36,386 bases of DNA from Basidiobolus heterosporus B8920 (taxonomy: Eukaryota). The stretch spans positions 1 to 36,386 of the forward strand of contig JNET01028801.1 of the NCBI GenBank assembly GCA_000697455.1, read 5' to 3'. A model generated the notes under the pieces. It was not told the DNA's origin and did not search any database. It worked only from the letters and a program-made list of their open reading frames with translations. A program made the translations under genes and the position numbers. Shown one piece after another: positions 23,089 through 35,335 of the stretch (its first letter is position 1; each line of letters begins with the position of its first letter).

Positions 23089-24899
23089 CTACGCCTGAGT
23101 CTCGATTTCGTTATCAACAGTGCCCTTGTTACCCTTGTTCTTACGATCACGTTGATAGAATTCAGCCAAGGTCTTTTGGGGAATACGGTTAAGCAACTCC
23201 TTGGGGAAGATACGAAGAAGAGACCAAGCATGATCGAGTGACTCGAAAATGGTTCTGGATTCATAGTGGCCTTGAGCGATGAAGGTCTTCTCAAACTTGT
23301 CCAAGAACTCCAGAGAAAGCTTATCTTCTTGGTTGAGTGCTTCTTCACCAACAACAGCCTTCATTGCAGCTGCATCACGACCAATGGCATACTTCGCGTA
23401 AAGTTGGTTAGACACATCACCATGGTCCTTGCGAGTCATGCCCTCGCCAATAGCTGACTTCATTAGACGTGAGAGAGAAGGCAACACATTGATAGGTGGG
23501 TAAATTTGGCGGTTGTGAAGCTGACGATCGACGTAAATCTGACCCTCAGTAATGTAACCAGTCAGATCAGGAATAGGATGTGTAATATCATCGTTAGGCA
23601 TGGTCAAAATAGGGATCTGCGTGATGGAGCCATTACGGCCTTCAACACGACCTGCACGTTCGTAGATAGTGGACAAATCGGTGTACATGTAACCGGGGTA
23701 ACCACGACGACCGGGTACTTCTTCTCTGGCCGCAGAAACCTCACGTAGAGCATCGGCGTATGATGACATATCGGTTAAGATGACCAGTACGTGCTTTTCG
23801 AGCTGATAAGCATAGTACTCTGCGGTAGTCAAGGCCAATCTAGGAGTAATGATACGTTCAATGGTAGGGTCGTTGGCAAGATTAAGGAAGAGGGTGACTC
23901 GCTCAATGGAGCCGTTCTCTTCGAAATCCTGTTTGAAGAAACGGGCGGTTTCCATGTTAACACCCATAGCAGCAAACACAATGGCGAAGTTATCTTCGTG
24001 GCCGTCGTGAACGTCCTTAGTTGGCTTCTTGACCAAGCCAGCCTGTCTACAAATTTGAGCAGCAACTTCATTGTGAGGTAAACCGGCAGCAGAGAAAATA
24101 GGGATCTTTTGACCACGAGCAATAGAGTTCATGGTATCAATAGCGGATATACCAGTTTGAATCATTTCTTCAGGATAGATACGAGAGAAAGGATTGATTG
24201 GGGAACCTATCATGTTACGGTAACTAGTCAGAAAGATGGACCAAGCATTACTGGACAATAAGCTGAAACAAACCTTCAATATCCAAGAATTCTTCTGCGA
24301 AGACCTTAGGGCCCTTGTCAATGCTTTTACCAGAACCATTAAAAATACGACCCAACATGTCTTCAGACACAGGCATTTTTAGGGTATCACCAGTAAATTC
24401 GACATGAGTAGCACGGGCATCAACGCCAGCAGTACCTTCGAAAACCTAGAAACGTATGAAGATTGGGTCAGAAGCATGTATACCTCAGTGAGTTGGAGTT
24501 ATTACTTACTTGAACAACAGCTCTCTTTCCTTGAACCTCAAGAACTTGACCAGAACGCTTAGTACCGTCTGGTAGGGTAAGTTCGACAATTTCAGCGAAT
24601 TTTGGGAACTATAGAAAACAAAGAGATGAGAAAAAATGACAAAGGTACCAGCATGATAGTCCAAGATACCTTGACGTTATCAAGAATAACTAAGGGACCG
24701 TTGACACCAGCAACTGTTCGGTAATCTAAAGCACAGGAATACAATATTAAATACTGCATATATAGCACTCTAGATGAGTAGAGTTTTCAAAAACCGTAAG
24801 AACACAATACGTACCCAAACGTGGTTGTAAGGAATAATTTCTGGTTACTGCTGCAGCATGTAAGGCAGCAGCTTCCCTTTCGTTAATTCTAGGATCCAT
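23089..24899 (-). CDS. VMA2: V-type H+-ATPase V1 subunit B
   Basis: Multi-exon, starting MDPRINERE. Motifs [53 protein letters not shown] and [18 protein letters not shown]. Confidence 0.97.
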
Positions 24900-25642
24900 T
24901 AAGAGTAATTGAGGTAGAAGAGCAAATAGGAAGTATGAGAATAATAGGAGCTGAGGAGCAGAGCTTAAGAGTATATAGCGGAGTAGTAAAGCAAGGATAA
25001 AAGGAATCGTCTAAATCACAGTGACCAGGGGGACCGGGTAAACCTGGGAAACGCAATTTTTGGTAATGCAATAATACTCGATAATACATTGCTCAAATAA
25101 GACTATTTCAGTGAGTGAGGAAAATGAGGATGTCGACCTATCTGGTGGCCTATCTGATTAACTACAAGAGCCTTGATTGACGTAGGCCGAACGGATTAGG
25201 GAATTCAATCTAAACAATAATGCACTTTGGGTCTATGAAAGATGGATTTCTGGGCTCTTGAGTAATCGATCAATATGAACACAGGCATGGCTGGAATAGA
25301 TTGAAGAATGGGGATTTAGCTAAGCCTCCAAAGATGTAAATATCGCAAAGTTTAATTTCCCCCACTTCGGTAAATACCAAAAAGAACAAACCAATTTGGA
25401 CTTTATTGGCAAAGAAGTATTTGCATTAGAACATCTTTGACAGTAGGGATGGATATGGGATGCGAAGGAACTTTCTTCTGGGATACCCGGTGGTATCTGA
25501 ATTAAATGGCACTATACGCAAATGAGGTAACTCAGCTTCTCAATGTGATATGGCTTAATCTCGGGTAGTGAAATATTAAAGAAATGTGTAATATATGCAA
25601 ATATAGACTGGGAGGCTTGCTTCTTCCGAACGGTGAGGGCCA

Positions 25643-26703
25643 TCACAGGACACTCAAGATACAAATAAGAAATAATGAAAGAGCGCGAAAGCTGAAAATT
25701 TGGAGCGCAGGTGCATTGTTGCTTGGTGCATTAGGACTCGTGTTCGACAAATTGGTCTGTATCGGGCCAAATTCGTCCTCTGACAGTCCTGTTACATTTT
25801 GCAAGAATCCCATATATCGGCTGACATGTGAGTAAAAAGCGATATTATTATCACCTCCACAAGAAGGTCCTCCACTGATAACAGAACCACCATAACTAGT
25901 AATCCCTAGCAGCCCAATTGTCCCATTGATCCTGTGTACGAGCGGCCCACCAGAATCTCCATAGCAAGTGTCTCGTCCAGGGGTCATTCCTGCACATACT
26001 TGGGGCCCCTGATTGTCAACAAATTCTGAATTCATCATGCGGCATGGGCTTAGCGGAGCTACATTGAAGTCCACTTTAAGCAAGGACACTGCTGATATAT
26101 CTGACTCGTTCTTCCCCCATCCCAGGGCAGTTACATTCAATCCAGGTGATACTTTGGCTTTGCTAATGGGTATCCTTTGAATACTTTGGTTGAATGTCAA
26201 GGGCTGATAGAGTTGAAGAAGAGCTAGATCATTCTGTATATTACAATAGAAATTATAATTAATTTACAACACCGCCAATTCATCAGGTTAACTAGTGATA
26301 ATACCATTTCTGAACCGGGTATATACTCCGGATGAACAACGATGGTCTTAATAGGTAATGGTGTGGGTGAGTATCTGGCAATAGAGCCTACAACAATATT
26401 CAATCGTATAGCATTCGTCGGCTTATAAACATTGGCCTCTTCACCATTTTCATCATCAATATATGCGGCATTAACACAATGCGCAGCGGTTGCAATCCAC
26501 TCATTCGCCAGTATTGCACCACCACAGGAAGGCCAATTATCTATGTACAAATTAGCCATGAAAGGAAATTCATCTTGAACAGCTGGTATACCCCCAACTA
26601 TGTGGTAAGTCAAAGAATCTTTCAAGGCATTAGCAGTTGAGATTGTAAACGACAATAGTCCTTGGTATACTATCCATGAGCTTAGGGGTGCGTTAAGCTT
26701 CAT
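25643..26703 (-). CDS. Secreted trypsin-like serine protease (S1A) with C-terminal hydrophobic/GPI-like tail
   Basis: Exons 26703-26305 and 26233-25643. Signal peptide, IVGG N-terminus, catalytic triad motifs TAAHC / NDLALL / GDSGGP, and S1-pocket Asp (RDTCY). Confidence 0.93.
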
Positions 26704-27255
26704 CAGTTTGAGTTAAAGAATATCTAATAAAATATTGAAGGAGTAGGTGTTAGTCCGATGAAGACAGTACCTATCCTCCTCTCTCGAGAAAAGAGATAAG
26801 CTGGTTCATTTAAGGAGTTTTAAGACCGAGAAGAGAGTATACTTTGGCCAATATTAATTAGCAATCAATAGTCAAGGGTTGATGTGACACACGCTCAAAT
26901 GCGAATGCCAGTGAAATTGACCATACAAAAGGCTGTAGGATACTCATTTATTACTTATTATTAGGTTTAGCTCAGTCACTAAATCAGTCTATGTTCGCAT
27001 TACACAGCAACAGTATGATGATGAACTTGGCAATAGTGGGTACAATAGATAGCTACAAAAGACTTCGCACAAATTCCTCATCTGATCAGTGTAACGAAAT
27101 ATCTACGAATATGGATGTATGATACACCTGAACATAGGTGGCAATAGATTTTTATTTTATATGGCTTCCTCATATAATCGATCGGTCGTATGATTTACAA
27201 AGAATGGAATGAAGATGAAAGTCCGAATGAGATGGTGTTCTTATGGATTAATACT

Positions 27256-29381
27256 TTAAGCAGTTTCACCAGTTTTCTCGCTCTCGGCTTGGGGCTTAGG
27301 TTCACCAGTCTGTTCACTCTTAGCTTCAGTCTTTTCACCTTCAACTGGGGGCTTGGTTTCACCGGTCTTCTTACTCTTCTTGCTCTTCTTCTTTTTGGGA
27401 GGCTCTTCTTTAGCACCACCACCATACTTTTGTTTGTAAACCTCTTCCATCTTTCCATCAATTCTCTTGAAAAGATACTCGGGCTTACCAATAACGTGTC
27501 CTTCAAGGATATTGATTTGGAAGGTTTCGGGGATACGAGGAAGTGGTGCGTTTAGCTGTCTACAGATTGATTCAGAAGTAGTAGGCATGTAAGGATAGAA
27601 GACGGCTGAGAGCAAATAGATCAAGTTAACAGCGACGGTAACAACGGTATCGCATTGTGGGCGCTCGTTGTTGTAAAGGGAATTATCAAGCTTGGATTCT
27701 TGAAGATATTGGTTACCACGCTGTGAGATCTTCATAGCAATTTCAAGACCGCTACGTAATTTAACATTTTCAAGTGCGTCAATGTATGCATCAAGCAACT
27801 TGTTGACATCTTCAATAAGCTGCTTCTCGTTGTCTCCTTCAAGTGAGAAAGGAGGAATGACACCATTGTACTTGGCAGAGTCAACAAACTTGATGACACG
27901 GTTACAGAAGTTACCAACGTTAGCCAAGAGCTCGCTGTTATTTCTGGTAATGAAATCTTTCCAAGTGAACACACTGTCGTTGGTTTCCGGACGATTGGAC
28001 AAAAGGTAATAACGCCAGACTGCAACGGGAATTCCAGTTTCCATAACATTGTTGCCGAAAACACCAACGTTTCTACTCTTTGAGAATTTACCGTTCTCGT
28101 AGTTGAGATATTCGGTGGTACTGATATGATGCAACATGGTCCATGGATCTTCAGTACCGATCAAGGAGCAAGGGAAGATAACAGTGTGGAAAGGAATATT
28201 GTCTTTACCCATGAATTGATAAAGCTTGACATCCTCGGGGTTCTTCCACCACTTCTCCCACTCTGAAGTGTAGTTGGCGGTGATTGATGGGTAACCGATT
28301 GGAGCATCGAACCAGACATAGAAAACTTTATCCTTCATGTGCTCCAAAGGAACGGGGGTACCCCATTTGAGATCACGAGTAATGCAACGGGCTTTCAAGC
28401 CTTCCTTCAACCAAGATTGAGTGATGATTTTACCGTTGTTAGCCCAGTTACCATTTTGGCTCGACTCTCTAACGAATTCTTCGCACTTGGGTTGAAGTTT
28501 AGGAAGGTCTAAGAACATATGAGTAGAGTCACGTGTGATTGGAGCATTTCCATCAAGCTTACAGCGAGGGGAAACAAGCTCAGTAGCATTAAGTAACTGT
28601 TGGCATTGATCACACTGATCACCTCTAGCATCAGCATAACCACACTTGGGGCAGGTTCCTTCGACATAACGATCAGCAAGGAATCTTTGACACTTTTCAC
28701 AGAACAATTGAGTCATGGTATCTTCGATGAGATATCCATTCTTTTGAAGCTTCAAGAAGATGTCTTGACCAATCCTACAGCCAGTAGAAATTAATTTACG
28801 TCGCTTCAAAAGATACAGGAGAAAACCAGGTACTTACTCGGTTTGCTGGTTGGTTGTGGTTCTACCAAAATAGTCAAAGTCAACGCCAAACCATTCATAA
28901 ACCTGGGCGTGAAGAGCATTGTATTTGTCGCAAAGCTCTCTGCATGAAACACCCTCTTCCAAAGCCTTGGTTTCAGTAGCGGTACCATATTCATCAGTAC
29001 CGCAAATATAAAGGACATTGTACCCACGAGAACGAGTGAAACGAGCGAAAACATCAGCACTCAAAACAGCGCCAATAATGTTACCCAAGTGAGGAACATT
29101 GTTAACATAAGGTAAGGCTGAAGTAATCAAGATATTTCTTTCTCCTTTGACGGGAAGCCTAGAGAAATAGAGGGTTAGATCAACGATTGTCAAAGAATAA
29201 CAAGATGACAACTTCGTACTTGACATCTTTATTCAAATTCAGAGCAATGCCTTCTCTGACTTTGCGGTTAGTTTCATCAGCAACTGGTCTTTCAATTTTC
29301 TCGGCGGTATCAGTCTTTGTGAATAAAAGTACCGATTAATAGGTGGAATTAGTAGTACATGAATATAGAACTACCTACCAT
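27256..29381 (-). CDS. MES1: Cytosolic methionyl-tRNA synthetase
   Basis: [16 protein letters not shown] (HIGH), CxxC Zn knuckles, [16 protein letters not shown] and KFSKS. The likely first coding exon is the ATG alone (29381-29379), followed by intron 29378-29315. Confidence 0.96.
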
Positions 29382-30024
29382 CCTGTGATTAAGTTCAAAG
29401 AACAAGCTCTCCAAAAATCAGCCTCAATCTTTTCTTGTACTTTTTTTTCTAAAAATCACACCTGTGACAATAGAAACCAATTTCATTCTCAGAATTTTTT
29501 TTATCACAAATCAAAATCCGCCATAATTGGCTCACTCGATTTTCACATCATTTCGTTGATATCATCCTAAATACCATCCATATCACACCACAGCCAATCA
29601 CTCCTACTGGCTAACGTAAAAGTTGGACAATAATTTAAACCAGACCGTATGATGTACTCTTTATAGCGTCTACCTCTGCTTTATCAATCGATTGAAGGAA
29701 TTCCACCATGCCACAGAATAAGAAATGGAAGTGGTGTAAGAAGGTTCACTGCTTGTTACACAGGATTGTACTCCCGTTACCTCGCTATATTTATCGTTAC
29801 AGTAGATTACACGAGAATAACGATGTTTTGCTAGGTTTATTCACTTTCTAGTTTACATCAATTTCCCAGTTTCAAGCTCAGCTCGCAGCCTTGCAGTCAC
29901 GGTGCAATCGATTATGTTTTGGGGTGTATTTCAAATATGAATGTGCTAGAAAAGACTGCTAATCTATGGTAACATGTTGGTGCAGGTGAGAATGGAGGAT
30001 AAAATTAATTAATGATATAGCAAT

Positions 30025-31320
30025 TTATAATTCATCCTTAATGTTCTCGGTTTCTTCAACAGGTTCAGGCTGCTGAGGTACAGGAACGACAGTCTCCACT
30101 ACAACTTCATCTGATGATTTGCTTTCTTCAACAACTTCTTCTTTGTCGAGATCCAATTCATCTTGATCAACCTCCTCACCTTCAGCTTCAGCCTCAGCAG
30201 CCAACTTGGCCTCCTCCTCTTCTTGCTTCTTCTTTTCTTCCTCGTCGTATTTTTCCTTGGCTTGCTTCTCAGATTCTTGGTATTTAGTGAATGTCTTTTC
30301 AGCGAATTCCTTGGCATAATCGACATCATCGGTGATCAAAATGTTGTCAAAGATGGTGCCAGACTTGACTTGCCAGAGGTCAAATCCAACATTTCCACTT
30401 TCATAGACGTATAAATCCTTGTCTTCCTTGTATTCAGGGTTGGGGATTTCAGGGTGAACCCAAGGCCCCTTATAGTCAGGGTTTGGAATGGTCTTGGGCT
30501 CCCAAGGTCCGGTGTATTCTGGGTTATCGATCATAGGTGATTCCCATTCACCATCATCCTCATCATCCCAATCTTCTGGCTTCTTGGCTTCTGGATCAGG
30601 AATAAGAGCTGGAATATCATCGTAACCTTCAGGCTTTTTGTCTTCAGGATCAGGGATAGTAGCATCGTCAACCCAGTCTTCAGGCTTTTTGGCTTCGGGG
30701 TCTTTGATGGTTTTGGGTGGCAAAAGATCCCAATCTTCCAAGAGTTCACCGCTAGCTTCCTCCTTGTTGTCAATAAGAACAGAGTAAGTCAAGTTGGGTT
30801 TGAGGATAAGAGTATACAAGTGAGTCATTTGATCAGAGGGAGGGATGATAGGCTTCTTGATGAGATGGTTGACGCCATTGTAGTTCAGAATGACATGAAC
30901 CTTTCTATCGGGGCCACAAATGTCGGGACCGAACATGACATTATATTTGGTTTCACCGTCAAATTTCTCCAAATCAACACCGGGTGGAAGGACCTTGATA
31001 TAACCACCACCGCAGTCAATGTTTTGTTCGTGTTTAACAGAGAATTGAACTACGAAGTCCTTATCCTTGTTAGAGAAAGTCTTGGCCATTGGGGCGGATA
31101 GGGCATAGAAACGTGCGTCTTGAGTAGTCTGAAGTCCCTTGCTAGCTTCGGAATCGGCGAAAAACTTGCCAGCAGAGACATCGAAAACACCGAGGTTTTC
31201 CTTCATCTTTGAAGGGACCCAACGATCGGCCCAGTTTCCATCGAAGGTCTCTTCAAAGAAAACTTCAGCGGAAGCAGTGGCAAGGGCAATGAGAGAACCA
31301 AGGAGTAAAGTGGCTTTCAT
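30025..31320 (-). CDS. CALR: Calreticulin
   Basis: Single exon. Signal peptide, KHEQNIDCGGGYIK, VMFGPDICG, P-domain repeats (DPEAKKPEDW), GFDLWQVKSGTIFDN, acidic tail and C-terminal KDEL. No TM segment, so not calnexin. Confidence 0.96.
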   Translation of the reverse strand: MKATLLLGSLIALATASAEVFFEETFDGNWADRWVPSKMKENLGVFDVSAGKFFADSEASKGLQTTQDARFYALSAPMAKTFSNKDKDFVVQFSVKHEQNIDCGGGYIKVLPPGVDLEKFDGETKYNVMFGPDICGPDRKVHVILNYNGVNHLIKKPIIPPSDQMTHLYTLILKPNLTYSVLIDNKEEASGELLEDWDLLPPKTIKDPEAKKPEDWVDDATIPDPEDKKPEGYDDIPALIPDPEAKKPEDWDDEDDGEWESPMIDNPEYTGPWEPKTIPNPDYKGPWVHPEIPNPEYKEDKDLYVYESGNVGFDLWQVKSGTIFDNILITDDVDYAKEFAEKTFTKYQESEKQAKEKYDEEEKKKQEEEEAKLAAEAEAEGEEVDQDELDLDKEEVVEESKSSDEVVVETVVPVPQQPEPVEETENIKDEL

Positions 31321-31468
31321 GATGTATGATTCAAAATATTACAAAATTAATGATAAGGAGAGTCAAGCCGTGTCTGTAGTTGCAATGGAAATCATAAACA
31401 GTATATATACTCCCACCCGCTGCTTGTTGTTTCCGCTTCCTCCTCTCTACTTATTTCTAATAGCTCAC

Positions 31469-31487
31469 CCAATCATGGCTCGCCACA
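31469..31487 (+). promoter_or_regulatory. ERSE-like element CCAAT-N9-CCACA upstream of calreticulin
   Basis: CCAAT catggctcg CCACA, ~150 bp upstream of the calreticulin ATG and ~60 bp upstream of a TATATA (31402-31409). Confidence 0.4.
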
Positions 31488-32018
31488 GCATTTCTGATTT
31501 CCAAACAATTCGAGGACAACTGAAATCTCCTATCATTGATCGAAGAGTAATTGGAAAATTGACCAATGAAAAATGGAAAAACGATCGTTTGATGACAACC
31601 TTACTGATTCACAGTCAATTACTGACCAATGGGTATCGCGTATTTGCATTCAAAGCCATCGAAATAATGGATTGCCGAGTACAGACACCACTACAGACAC
31701 CACTTCCCAGTATTCGTACATCGATGGATGGTGGCACAGGCAAGGGAGTCACAGTATTCTGGATTACTTCCATCCAGAATGATCAGTCAAATGGAAACGT
31801 TTCATTTTGGCATGTGGTATTTCCCTACATGTTTTGCATACAGCGTGATCTCAGTATTTGCAACCTGCACATGGATGATTTTTCTTGATCATAAAAGTAT
31901 AGAATCAACACTTAACTACAAGCATGCCATGTTCCCACCTACATACCATATTCCTACTCTGAAGCAACGAGATTGATTCTTACTAAGGATACTACGAACG
32001 CTGAAGGTTTTATAATCT

Positions 32019-32100
32019 AACCCTTGTTTTATCCATTCTGTTGTTATAACCCAACCCTTGTTTTATCCATTCTGTTGTTATAACCCAACCCTTGTTTTAT
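32019..32100. repeat. 34-bp tandem repeat x~2.4
   Basis: aacccttgttttatccattctgttgttataaccc at 32019-32052 and 32053-32086, plus a partial copy to 32100. Confidence 0.92.
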
Positions 32101-33241
32101 TTGATCCGTTGGACTGTCTTTCGACACCAGTGGGTTACCTTATCAACAACGTCATAAACATTTACAAATTCAGTTAGCTGCGTTGGTATTCTCAGTTGAT
32201 TGCTCGATATTGGCTTGTCTCTTTTTATGGCTAATTTGGTTGGTGATGGATTCCTTAGCGTGGAACTGGGGCCATCCTATTTGTTAGAGCTTCTCCAAGA
32301 CAACAGACATTCAATATGTATGGTGGAAACGGGAATAACTGATGAGTACTGGCTTGGAGATTAGTCGATAAAGATAGAATCAATCACTGTCGAATGATCA
32401 TAGTTTTGGACACAAGTGACTTCGATATTCATTTTAGTAATCGTGACCTCAGTAAGGTTCTGAAGATTAAACAAAGTGTCAGAATGCAAGATGTTTCTTC
32501 AACGGGTGTGCCTGAGAGAGGCTCAGATTTAGTAACATCTAGAGTTGGTATGTTCTGTAGAGCTGGTGTGTACTGGTATATAGTTCAACCGAGTATATAC
32601 TAGAGTAGTGGGGTACATACGGTATGCCAATTAATTGCTGATTGGGTTAGTTTTGGTCAAGATTGTTTGCGAATACCAAACACCGAATTAGCCTTGAGAT
32701 ATCTTCAATACTATTCGTAGAACGTAATGATGCCGCGCCTCACAGAATTTCTTCACGAAACGATTTGTTTACAGAGCTTATGCCGAACATTTGAATGGCG
32801 GCAATCTATTCAGAATAATATTCCGCTTATTCTTTCTTCAACAACCGTGAACTCTACAAGTGTTTTTGATATTAACTTGGCTTTAGTCATGATGTATATT
32901 AGTTTTGAAGATCATTAAAAACTCTAGAAATTGTATCAGATCACTCTAAAGAAATCCTAGTAATGCCAGCTGGTAAATTTGGTGAAGCGAATCACCTTTC
33001 AAACACATGTCTCTTCCTGAATTTTTTTAGTATGAGTAATTCCAAACCCAAGAAAAGGGCAGCTTACTGCTAATTGACTACTGACTATAAGGAATCTTCT
33101 CAAACCATGGTTTTAATGGTTTACCTATAAATAGTTCAGGTGGTGCTGGTGGATACGAAAAATCCTTCTTTCTACAGCATCGAAGATTCTGATCCTCTGC
33201 ATCTATCATCTATTGAGTATTTTGTACGGATTTGTGCAACT

Positions 33242-35130
33242 ATGTATGACTCAGATAACAGTAATCTTCATCATTACGACCAAAGTCTTCTTCTGGGTAA
33301 CAAGTATCAAAGTCTCGACTCGGACGTGCCTACATCTATAAACGACTTGTATAACCAGAGTGTACATAGCAGACCCGCTGATTCATATAGTATCCCATCT
33401 ATCTCAGAATCGTTTTCCTGCTTAAATCATGATCATTCCACTTCACAAATGGCACATCAACAAGGCTTTCCACAACAATCAACTGACATCAGAAACTACA
33501 ACCATTCCTCTACTTTAAATGGTATCCAGAGTAATACTCGGGAGCGGTGCAAGTTATCAGCAATATCAATGCTAGAGGAAAATTCGGAGGAAGGTCAGCC
33601 AAGCAAAGGTAAAATATCACCCATACTTCACAAAGATGCAACCAATCCGCATCAACTAAGCCATGCCGTAGATGATCAACATACATATAGCTCTACTTCA
33701 CCTATATCTATGCTTACTACCGTCAATCGGGATCCATTAAGTCCTATGGAGGATGCCATCTCAAATGCGTGGAGATTATGGTCAATGGGAATGCGCTCGG
33801 TTGGAGCTTTACCCATGATCGATGAAAACTTACTGGAGCCCAGTGGGAACACCACTGCTCATAACAACGAGCAGCGCAAAATAGACGCCTCCAATATAGG
33901 TAATACGTTTGGTGTTGCAGACTCTCATTCTAAACTTGGAGGAAACTTAGATATAAACACTTACAAAGAACCCGGTGGATCTTCTCATGTCACTTTAAGC
34001 AGCTCTCTGGTGCCAGAGATTTCGCACACGGGCGCATACCATCAGTACACGACAGCAGAAAGGAGCTCTGATGAATACAGTAATGAAGTCCATGACTTTC
34101 TAAATAGAAAGACAACGTCTGACCAAGAGAATCAAGGAAACGGATACTCGTTTAATAATAGCCACATGATCACCGATTCAACTGGAAGCTGCTTCGAATC
34201 GCACATACAGTCATCTGGGGCTTACAGCCAGGTGTCACTGGCTATGCCATATTATCAAACAACATACTCCACTACCGCGAACTTAGATGGGAATCCAGAT
34301 TTAAATATCACTGATGGCCGGTTCATCACATCGTACACCCCACCAACCCTGGATGCATTAAATACATACTCGGGAAGAAAAAGAGCACACAGTGATTCAA
34401 TCGCATACAGTAGCTATATAGACAACGAGATGCAGCCAACTACACACTATAATTCTTTCAGCTACACTCGCAATAAGCGTTTTAAATCAATGGATCTAAT
34501 GTACACTAACCATGGTAGCACGGAGTTGCCAAGATATACCCAGGTAAACAAATATTTCTCAGATAATAGAACAGACTCCCTAGATGATACATACTTCGGA
34601 GTGAGTATCGAGGAGTACAAATATCCCATTCCTTGGGGACCAGCATTGGACCAAACTCTTTCAATGCCATTGTTCGATATAGCGCCCTCAGATATCGGGA
34701 ACCCAGATGCACGTCCCCGTCGGCAAAAAGTACGGTTTGATGGGGATCTATATACTCCTCAATGGGTTAGATATAATGGCCAGGCGAAAGAAGGGTTTTG
34801 CCAGCACTGTAAGCCAGGAAAGTGGTTACAGCTCAAGAATAGTGCCTATTGGTAGGTTAGCAGTCAAAATTTGTACCAGTAACCTAAACTAACCAGGATC
34901 ATTGAAGGTACCACGTTCAATTCTACCATGGTATATCCGCCACTTCCGGACGTTATTATCGAGCCCCTCTTCAAATGAATACCTTCGAAAACGGAATTAA
35001 AGGACTTTGCCATCAATGCCGTGAAGTGGTGGCAGTTTGTCATACAAAGAAAAAAGATATGGCTTTGTGGTTCCGCCATGCGCACAAGTGCCATGTACAT
35101 CATAAGCCTAAATCACTGAAGAAACATTAA
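33242..35130 (+). CDS. Rua1/Meu26-like transcription regulator (C-terminal DUF4451/Rua1_C zinc-binding domain)
   Basis: Long low-complexity N-terminus. Intron 34852-34907 joins DLYTPQWVR..KEGFCQHCKPGKWLQLKNSAYW|YHVQFYHGISATSG..GLCHQC..LWFRHAHKCH. The start is uncertain (frame open from 33140). Confidence 0.85.
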
Positions 35131-35335
35131 CCTTGCCCTACTATCATGATATCAGACCATTAACATGATTGATGTATATACAGCACAAAGAATACTATTT
35201 TTATTTAATTCGTGTGTTTAATACTACTCCCGGTACGAAATGCCATTTTTGGGGTGACTGAATGCTAATAAAAGCAAGCAAGTGTACATATGATGATACT
35301 GGCTCTCAATAATATAACAACAGACATGTTGACCA

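Noticed and set aside
24609..24669. VMA2 intron with GTATCTTG donor as a possible U12 intron
   Set aside because: The donor is imperfect, there is no CCTTAAC-like branch site, and it has a normal polypyrimidine tract.
27015..27086. ATGATGA...CTGA box C/D snoRNA-like arrangement
   Set aside because: I could not identify an rRNA-complementary guide or a convincing terminal stem, and such boxes occur by chance in AT-rich DNA. It would need snoscan or Infernal.
31139..31888. 249-aa plus-strand ORF
   Set aside because: It overlaps the calreticulin 5' end antisense and its promoter, with no recognisable motifs or protein-like composition.
32019..32100. CRISPR-like or telomeric repeat
   Set aside because: The copies are directly adjacent without spacers, the context is eukaryotic, and TAACCC occurs only once per unit.
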